Assembly (NCBI GenBank): GCA_041498975.1
Contig: JBGQJI010000074.1
Span: 1 to 12,005, forward strand
Source: Candidatus Methylomirabilis sp.
Lineage (GTDB): Bacteria > Methylomirabilota > Methylomirabilia > Methylomirabilales > Methylomirabilaceae
DNA: 12,005 nt
Reading direction: 5' to 3'
Shown here piece by piece: positions 7,135 to 12,005 of this stretch. Under the pieces are notes generated by a model. That model was not told the DNA's origin and made no database searches. It worked only from the letters and a program-made list of their open reading frames with translations. A program made the translations under genes and the position numbers. Positions within the stretch are counted from its first letter, which is position 1. The number at the start of each line of letters is the position of its first letter.

Positions 7135-7161
7135 ATAGATGCCTAAATCCTCCACCCAGGA

Positions 7162-7202
7162 CCCCTCTCCCCATTTTGGGGGAGAGGATGAAGGTGAGGG
7201 GG
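7162..7202. repeat. CCCTCTCCC..GGGAGAGG..GGTGAGGG-type palindromic repeat
   Basis: cctctcccc (7164-7172) / ggggagagg (7179-7187) hairpin followed by aaggtgagggg. Confidence 0.65.
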
Positions 7203-7314
7203 ACCTTCGAAGGAGTGACAAGCTCTATCGCTGATTTTGGGGAATGAGGGGACAGGCCCATGCAAGTCCAGGATGCCGAATGTCGGAAGGAGACACGATG
7301 AAGGCGGATCAGTC

Positions 7315-8136
7315 CTAACCTCTTGCTTCCTCTCTGCTGACTACGACCTCTGACCCTCGATTCAGGCCGAGCAGCCGCGACGCATCCCCCTCATTCACGA
7401 AGATCTCCAGATAGTCCGCGCTTCCGATGAGGGCGCCCGGCACGCCGGGGGGACCTTGGGCGTAGTAGGCGACGATCGGAACCTGCCGGTCTGCGAACTG
7501 AACCCAGAGCGCCGCGATAGGACTTCCCGCTGCCAAGAGTTCCAGGTCGGCCCTCGCGATGTTCGTGACGAGGTTGCCGAAGCGATCGATGTAGAGGATC
7601 TCCCCTCTGATCGATGACACCCCGCAAGGGGACGGGCGCGGAAGCGCCAGGCGGACATAATCCTTGATCGGTTCCCCGAAGTCGCCGGGCTCGGCCCCAA
7701 GCGACAGATGGGCTGCGACCGGCGCGAAGACATCGCGTCCGTGAAAGGTGGCACTGACAGGCCGGAGGAAGTACCGGTCGGCGGTAATAGCCCTGACTCC
7801 CTGGGGGCCAGCCTGGTCTGCCAGCGGGGCAAGCAGGCCGTTGTCCGGGCCGATAAACAGGTGGCCGTCGCAGGCGGCCAGTATCGGCCTGCGGGGGCCC
7901 CCTACCCCAGGATCAATCACAGCGACATGAATCGTCCCCTTCGGGAAGTAGCGGTAGGAAGAAAGAAGAATGAAGGCCGCCTCGGAAGGATCGTACGCCC
8001 TCGCGCCATGACAGAGATCCACGATGACGGCGTGGGGGTTGATCCCGAGAATGACCCCTTTCATCACGCCAACGAATGGATCGCTTACCCCGAAGTCGGT
8101 AAGCAACGTGATGACCCGGCGCGCGTCATCACCCAT
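7315..8136 (-). CDS. DUF62 SAM hydroxide adenosyltransferase (SAM hydrolase; chlorinase/fluorinase superfamily)
   Basis: ITLLTDFG, VIDPGVGGPRR, GPDNGLL, SATFHGRDVFAPVAA and IDRFGNLVTNI. The Asp-Arg-His residues typical of hydrolases are present. Confidence 0.93.
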   Translation of the reverse strand: MGDDARRVITLLTDFGVSDPFVGVMKGVILGINPHAVIVDLCHGARAYDPSEAAFILLSSYRYFPKGTIHVAVIDPGVGGPRRPILAACDGHLFIGPDNGLLAPLADQAGPQGVRAITADRYFLRPVSATFHGRDVFAPVAAHLSLGAEPGDFGEPIKDYVRLALPRPSPCGVSSIRGEILYIDRFGNLVTNIARADLELLAAGSPIAALWVQFADRQVPIVAYYAQGPPGVPGALIGSADYLEIFVNEGDASRLLGLNRGSEVVVSREEARG

Positions 8137-8143
8137 ATGACCC

Positions 8144-8560
8144 TCACACCTTCATCAGGAGGCCGGTGGCCTCGGCGACGACCGTCCCGTTCTCCCGCTC
8201 GGCCCAGGCCTTCACGTCGAGGGTCTTGGCGCCCTGCTTCAAGATCTGGCCATAGAAGATCAACCGCTCTCCGATGGCGACGGGCTGCCTGAGCTTGACT
8301 TCAAGCTTCGCGCTGACGGCCATGATCTTCCGAAGGTAGGCGGCGTTCACCATCACCTCATCGAGGATCGTCGCAATGATCCCTCCATGGAGGATGTCTT
8401 TCCAGCCTTGAAAACGCTTCGGCGGGGTGAACTCGGTCCGGACGCGATCCTCCCCGAGAAGCTCGAAGTCGAGCCGCAAGCCATGCTCGTTCCGCTTGCC
8501 GCAGACAAAACACATCTGATCGTTCTCCAAGTCCATGGAACTCTTTCCGCTCTTTTTCAT
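8144..8560 (-). CDS. PaaI-like hotdog-fold thioesterase
   Basis: CFVCG..NEHGL and FQGWKDILHGGIIATILDEVM. Alternative start at 8536. Confidence 0.9.
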   Translation of the reverse strand: MKKSGKSSMDLENDQMCFVCGKRNEHGLRLDFELLGEDRVRTEFTPPKRFQGWKDILHGGIIATILDEVMVNAAYLRKIMAVSAKLEVKLRQPVAIGERLIFYGQILKQGAKTLDVKAWAERENGTVVAEATGLLMKV

Positions 8561-8618
8561 TGACTTTTCCGAGTCAACCCTTTACAAGTAATCTTCGCCA
8601 CCCGCCTCTTGCGCCAGT

Positions 8619-8705
8619 GCCGAAGTGGCGGAACTGGTAGACGCGCTGCGTTCAGGGCGCAGTGAGCGTATGCTCATCGGGGTTCGAGTCCCCGCTTCGG
8701 CACCA
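8619..8705 (+). tRNA. tRNA-Leu(CAG)
   Basis: 87 nt: acceptor gccgaag/cttcggc, D-loop ggaactggtagac, anticodon arm ctgcg-tt-CAG-gg-cgcag, long variable arm, ggttcgagtcc and encoded CCA. Confidence 0.97.
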
Positions 8706-8724
8706 AACACGACCAAAAACTTAC

Positions 8725-8756
8725 GGGCCTCGCTTTCCTGAGGCCCTTTTTGTTTT
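8725..8756 (+). terminator. Rho-independent terminator of tRNA-Leu
   Basis: gggcctc-gctttcct-gaggccc followed by tttttgtttt. Confidence 0.8.
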
Positions 8757-8797
8757 ATGACTCTTCGTTTCGGTGCATCGCTGGGGAATCTCGCCAT
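8753..8797 (-). pseudogene. 5' stub (15 codons) of a probable HicA-type toxin
   Basis: ATG is coupled to the hicB stop (TGATG). MARFPSDAPKRRVIK resembles the N-termini of HicA partners of this HicB type. The frame then runs into the antisense terminator and tRNA. Confidence 0.6.
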
Positions 8798-9021
8798 CAG
8801 ATATCGACGCCGGCCTCGGCAATAAATGCTTCGAGTACTGGAGGCTCGACGGCGAGAGCCTCCTCACCAAAACTCTCGACATGAAACCTGATTGCGGACT
8901 TCACATCAGCGAGTACCTTCTCGTAGGTGTCGCCTTGGCCGACAACGATTCCCTTCACACCAAGCGGATATGCCACATAACCATCCGTGTGCTTTTCGAC
9001 GATGATCTTGATTTGCCGCAT
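8797..9021 (-). CDS. hicB: HicB-family antitoxin (short form, no DNA-binding domain), 74 aa
   Basis: MRQIKIIVEKHTDGYVAYPLGVKGIVVGQGDTYEKVLADVKSAIRFHVE. ATG at 9021 has a GGGAG SD; this is the C-terminal part of ORF-track 8797..9339. Confidence 0.8.
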   Translation of the reverse strand: MRQIKIIVEKHTDGYVAYPLGVKGIVVGQGDTYEKVLADVKSAIRFHVESFGEEALAVEPPVLEAFIAEAGVDI

Positions 9022-9101
9022 GTTTGGCTGCTCCCTTCTCAAAGAGGAATCGTTTAGACCAGGAATCTCACCTGGTGGACATTCTGCTTGGACCCGCTCG
9101 G

Positions 9102-9191
9102 TTATTGGTCTTTGCGGTTTGCGAGGTAGCTGCGTGAACTGAGCTGGAGATCTCCAGCGAGGTACACATTGGTGTCGGCAACCGCCCGCAC
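9102..9191 (-). pseudogene. Truncated PIN-domain (VapC-like) toxin
   Basis: Not in the ORF track. GTG overlaps the RHH stop (TAGTG). It reads MRAVADTNVYL (PIN first strand plus DTNV motif), then unrelated sequence and a stop after 29 codons. Confidence 0.7.
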
Positions 9192-9430
9192 TAACGGCCT
9201 TTCCGATACTCCTCGACAAGGCGCTCGACGTCAGTCTCTTCGAGTCCGAGCCTGCTCGCACGCTGCGCGCCGTACTGGCGAAGCGCGGCCCACCGCCGTT
9301 CCTGATGATACCGTCGGAGCGCTTCACGGAAGAGCTCACTCTTAGTTCGCCCTTCCTTCTTCGCCACCCGCTCGGCCTCCCAAAGCAGGGTTGGCGGGAG
9401 CGAGAGGGACAGAATCTTGCTCGTCCTCAT
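9191..9430 (-). CDS. CopG/ribbon-helix-helix antitoxin, 79 aa
   Basis: ILSLSLPPTLL..AERVAKKEGRTKSELFREALRRY. ATG at 9430 has an AAGGGGG SD. Confidence 0.88.
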   Translation of the reverse strand: MRTSKILSLSLPPTLLWEAERVAKKEGRTKSELFREALRRYHQERRWAALRQYGAQRASRLGLEETDVERLVEEYRKGR

Positions 9431-9447
9431 GGCAACCCCCTTCACAA

Positions 9448-9494
9448 TATTACTTTTTATTACTGATTCTACCCTCGGGTGTGTCTGACGTCAA
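9448..9494 (-). promoter_or_regulatory. sigma70 promoter with putative RHH operator repeats
   Basis: TTGACG (9494-9489), 17 bp, TAGAAT (9471-9466), followed by AGTAATA twice at a 10-bp period (9464-9458 and 9454-9448). Confidence 0.7.
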
Positions 9495-9623
9495 GCGAGC
9501 GAGTAGACAGGTGGTGGGCTAGTTTGAGACCTACGAGCCATTGCTCGACAGGAGTTCAGGTAAACAAAGGCCCCACCGTATTGGGTGAGAGGTCGAGGGT
9601 GCAGAGATGGCGCCCAGGTGCGG

Positions 9624-9869
9624 CTATTTTGGGTGGTGGCGAACGGCGAGGATCCGGTAGGTATCTCCCTCGATCTTGAAGTAGAAGCGGTAGTCCTCAT
9701 CTACGCGCGCCTGCCAGACATCGCGGGTCTCGTCGTACTTCTTAGCCCGGAGCGAGGGGTGCCGCAAGTTGGACAATAGAAGGCCAAGCTGCTTGTCGAG
9801 CTTGGCCTTGCGTTCAGGGGAGAGGGCTCTGTACTGACGGGTGAACCGTTGGGAGAATGCCGCCTTCAT
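9624..9869 (-). CDS. RelE/ParE-superfamily type II toxin, 81 aa
   Basis: FSQRFTRQYRAL, LRHPSLRAKK, VWQARVDEDYRFYF and YRILAVRHHPK. Basic protein, coupled to the upstream antitoxin by ATGA. Confidence 0.82.
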   Translation of the reverse strand: MKAAFSQRFTRQYRALSPERKAKLDKQLGLLLSNLRHPSLRAKKYDETRDVWQARVDEDYRFYFKIEGDTYRILAVRHHPK

Positions 9870-10114
9870 CTTGCCGCGCGGCGGAGGGCGCGGATGGCAG
9901 CCTTGGCCGTGCGGAATGGGCCGATGAAGCGACCCCGCTTGAAGTCCTCGAGTGCGAGGTCGATATCACGATCAATAGCCATCTTCGGGGTCAGGGTGAT
10001 GGTTTTGCCGCGAACCTTGGCCTCCAGGAGATCTCCTACCACGACGCCAGTCTTTTTGCGAACGGAGGCAGGCAGCGTGACTTGATACTTCTCCTTCACT
10101 TTGACCAATGGCAC
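9866..10114 (-). CDS. AbrB/MazE/SpoVT-family antitoxin, 82 aa
   Basis: LVKVKEKYQVTLPASVRKKTGVVVGDLL..ITLTP. GTG at 10114 follows SD GGAGGAG; the ORF track starts at 10129. Confidence 0.88.
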   Translation of the reverse strand: MPLVKVKEKYQVTLPASVRKKTGVVVGDLLEAKVRGKTITLTPKMAIDRDIDLALEDFKRGRFIGPFRTAKAAIRALRRAAR

Positions 10115-10170
10115 CGTGACTCCTCCCATACGGGTGTTTGTTAGAGAGTTAGAAAATCACACTATTCGAC

Positions 10171-10198
10171 ATTATAAGCTTTCCCGGCGGACAGTCAA
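10171..10198 (-). promoter_or_regulatory. sigma70 promoter of the AbrB-RelE operon
   Basis: TTGACT (10198-10193), 16 bp, TATAAT (10176-10171). Confidence 0.75.
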
Positions 10199-10296
10199 GC
10201 ACCCGGTGATGTGCAGTTCGCAACGCACCTCGTCTAGGATCGTGTCTCGAAGCGCTAGGTGAGATCATGAATAATTGTCCTCATGCTCTCACGCTG

Positions 10297-10340
10297 GCGC
10301 TTGTGCGCTCCCCTCACGGTCGGCTTCGGCGCGCGGCACC
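10297..10340. repeat. 44-bp direct repeat, copy 1
   Basis: gcgcttgtgcgctcccctcacggtcggcttcggcgcgcggcacc; 39/44 identical to 11769-11811. Confidence 0.85.
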
Positions 10341-10539
10341 TGAAGACACTGAAGCCGATATCGCGATGGGCTACAGGTTTAGCAGCGCTTTCCCGACAAA
10401 CCAGGCAAACTTGACAAAGCTTTATTAACCGGCGACTATTGTTAGCGATTTTGGTCTCAGCCTATTGAAGCAGGATACTCTGATAGGCTGCAGCAGTTAA
10501 ATCAGCAGGCTCAATAGAAAGGTGTCTACAAGGCGAGCG

Positions 10540-11475
10540 ATGGACGTTGCTGAATGGCAGGATCGCCTAGAGGACAACTTCACCGTCGGTGGTGTGATAG
10601 GGGGCAATCTACTTGTTGAGATACTTGCTATGGAGCGGGACTGTGGCGAGTATTTCGAGGCCACTTTTCGCGGACAATGGGTTCTCATAGACTCCTTCCA
10701 GAGCTTCTATATCGAAACACTACATAATGCTCGTCAGTGGGTCGCCGACCACGGCTGGCCTGAAGCGTGCGAGAACTACGCGCCAACCTTTCTACATTAC
10801 GTCATCATCTTTAGACGGTTCAGGGCATGTGAGAACCTTTTGCGAAAAGGCTATCCCCTTGATGGTTACGCTCTGCTACGAGACCTGAAGGACAGAGCCA
10901 TCCTTCTGGCTGGGATCGCAACGAACATAACAACCCATCCTTCCTTGCTTGGTTACGGTGACGCCACGGCCCCATCTACATATGAAGACTGGAGGAAAGC
11001 AAGGAGGGCCGCCCAGGTAGAGGAGCAACGGGTCCTCAGGAGAATTATTCGCAAAGAGAGTGGACTACCGCCAGACGTAATCAAGGAGCTTGAGATATGG
11101 GAACAGCTTTTTCATCAAGAGGTGCATGGCTCGAAGTTGTCATTCGCTACTGAGTTGAAGGACTGGGTTGGCGGCCCGGCACCGCTGTCGATTGGCCCGA
11201 CGCCCAAGGAAGCTGCCATGGCAATGTACATGAATCGGGTGACGGAGGTAGCGTGGCTTCTACTTCGCTTGTTTCCGTACCTTCAGGCGAAGGAAGCTGC
11301 ATTTGATGCTGAATGGCATAGGAGGTACCAGATACTGGATGAATCGTTTCGGTACGCACAGCAGGGGTTAAGCCGTCTGGGGAAGCCGATCGGCGCCGCT
11401 TTCATCAAGCTCGTCGATGAGAAATTCTCGTTCAAGCAGCCATTCTATTACACTGAGGCTAATCATTCGGGGTAA
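10540..11475 (+). CDS. Hypothetical alpha-helical protein, possibly DUF5677/HEPN-like, in an integron-like cassette (311 aa)
   Basis: Long ORF with visibly lower GC than the core genes. Segments LLRKGYPLDGYALLRDLKD and LFHQEVHGS. Start at 10540 (ATG) or 10522 (GTG). Confidence 0.8.
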   Translation: MDVAEWQDRLEDNFTVGGVIGGNLLVEILAMERDCGEYFEATFRGQWVLIDSFQSFYIETLHNARQWVADHGWPEACENYAPTFLHYVIIFRRFRACENLLRKGYPLDGYALLRDLKDRAILLAGIATNITTHPSLLGYGDATAPSTYEDWRKARRAAQVEEQRVLRRIIRKESGLPPDVIKELEIWEQLFHQEVHGSKLSFATELKDWVGGPAPLSIGPTPKEAAMAMYMNRVTEVAWLLLRLFPYLQAKEAAFDAEWHRRYQILDESFRYAQQGLSRLGKPIGAAFIKLVDEKFSFKQPFYYTEANHSG

Positions 11476-11477
11476 GC

Positions 11478-11541
11478 ATCTAACGTTTCTCTCAGGCGGA
11501 TGCGGCATCGCTTTGCGCGCTGCTGAGCGGTGGCGTTAAAT
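11478..11541 (+). other. attC-like integron cassette recombination site (64 bp)
   Basis: R'' ATCTAAC (RYYYAAC) begins 2 nt after the stop codon, and R' GTTAAAT (GTTRRRY) is at 11535-11541. L boxes ctcag[g]cgg / ctgctgag carry one unpaired base. Confidence 0.7.
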
Positions 11542-11558
11542 CCGACGAATCTCCCCAC

Positions 11559-11710
11559 TGTGCCAGAATTTGTGCCCGCCTCTCTCCCAATCAGCCCAAT
11601 CTTGCCCTACTTGAGACAACATTCACGATTGCTAACCTCTTGTAAATCATCCACACTGTTACACCGATTGAAGCCCCATTCACGACTCAAAATCCCGCGG
11701 GCTTCAACTC
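11559..11710 (+). other. Remnant att-like site of a tyrosine-integrase element containing a tRNA-Leu(CAA) anticodon fragment
   Basis: tgtgcc twice (11559, 11571), cccaatc twice (11586, 11595), IHF-like taacctcttg (11633-11642), and gactcaaaatccc (11684-11696) inside the 9-bp IR ttgaagccc/gggcttcaa. Confidence 0.45.
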
Positions 11711-11768
11711 ATCCGCCGTCGCTCCCGTCACCCCGAACGGATTTTCTACAGCCTTTCACAGACTGCTC

Positions 11769-11811
11769 GCGCTTGTGCGCTCCCCTCCCGGTCCGCTCCG
11801 CGCGCGGCGCC
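11769..11811. repeat. Direct repeat, copy 2 (43 bp)
   Basis: gcgcttgtgcgctcccctcccggtccgctccgcgcgcggcgcc. Confidence 0.85.
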
Positions 11812-12005
11812 ACGTCATACCTTATCGAACTCTATAAAAGGGAATACTTGGAGTGAAGGGTGGGCGAGATCGTCAATGCTTGGGGCAATTCTAAGGGCTA
11901 CCCTCAGCGCTGACCAACAACTTCAATTAGTCATCCCGTAACGCTATTCCCGCACCATCTACCCTTTCTCTCGAAGGGTCGAACCCTTTTCTCACTGAAC
12001 GTCCA

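Noticed and set aside
6842..7247. ORFs 6842-7060, 6874-7056 and 7032-7247 as small proteins or transposase remnants
   Set aside because: They run through palindromic repeats and show no DDE or HUH motifs.
7315..8136. Fluorinase/chlorinase call
   Set aside because: The Asp-Arg-His hydrolase residues are present and there is no halometabolite gene context.
116..8292. Many long antisense or alternate-frame ORFs (e.g. 116-625, 1253-1834, 2420-3178, 3799-4479, 4949-5557, 6092-6730, 7708-8292)
   Set aside because: Shadow ORFs of well-supported high-GC genes, with no recognisable motifs.
8582..8797. 71-aa ORF as an intact HicA toxin
   Set aside because: Beyond codon 15 it is the antisense of the terminator and tRNA-Leu; the GTRTP segment is the tRNA T-arm read backwards.
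9022..9339. Long N-terminal extension of HicB (180-aa ORF)
   Set aside because: It overlaps the RHH gene out of frame; ATG 9021 has an SD and gives a typical HicB length.
10284..10316. Resemblance of the repeat's minus strand (gcacaagcg..gagcatg) to 16S rRNA
   Set aside because: The match is only about 10 nt and the flanks do not follow rRNA.
10200..10440. Integron integrase start divergent from the cassette
   Set aside because: The minus-strand ATG I found opens only a 9-codon frame (MRTIIHDLT*), with nothing IntI-like.
11530..12005. ORF 11530-11856 (+) and a possible minus-strand gene end at 11927-12005
   Set aside because: The first is Pro/Ser-rich and spans attC, att and repeat DNA. 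The second is too short at the window edge to support.

Overview
High-GC bacterial chromosome segment with two parts. Positions 1-8705 are mostly minus-strand housekeeping genes: partial mltG, ruvX/yqgF, an HhH-GPD glycosylase (+), a threonine synthase fused to a LeuA/CimA-type C-terminal allosteric domain, a mini-zincin, a rhomboid protease, pcm with a signal-like leader, an alternative sigma70 factor, a DUF62 SAM hydrolase, a hotdog thioesterase and tRNA-Leu(CAG) (+). Two intergenic gaps hold MITE-like elements carrying REP-type palindromes. One is 308 bp with a 9-bp target duplication and sits 16 bp upstream of a TTGACA -35 box, the ISLre2/TnGBS-type targeting signature. Positions 8706-12005 are an accessory island: three tandem antitoxin-toxin modules (two toxins reduced to N-terminal stubs, one AbrB-RelE pair intact), a lone integron-like cassette (311-aa unknown protein plus attC) flanked by a 44-bp direct repeat, and an att-like remnant containing a tRNA-Leu(CAA) anticodon fragment. 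All family assignments come from motif recognition by eye; no searches were run.
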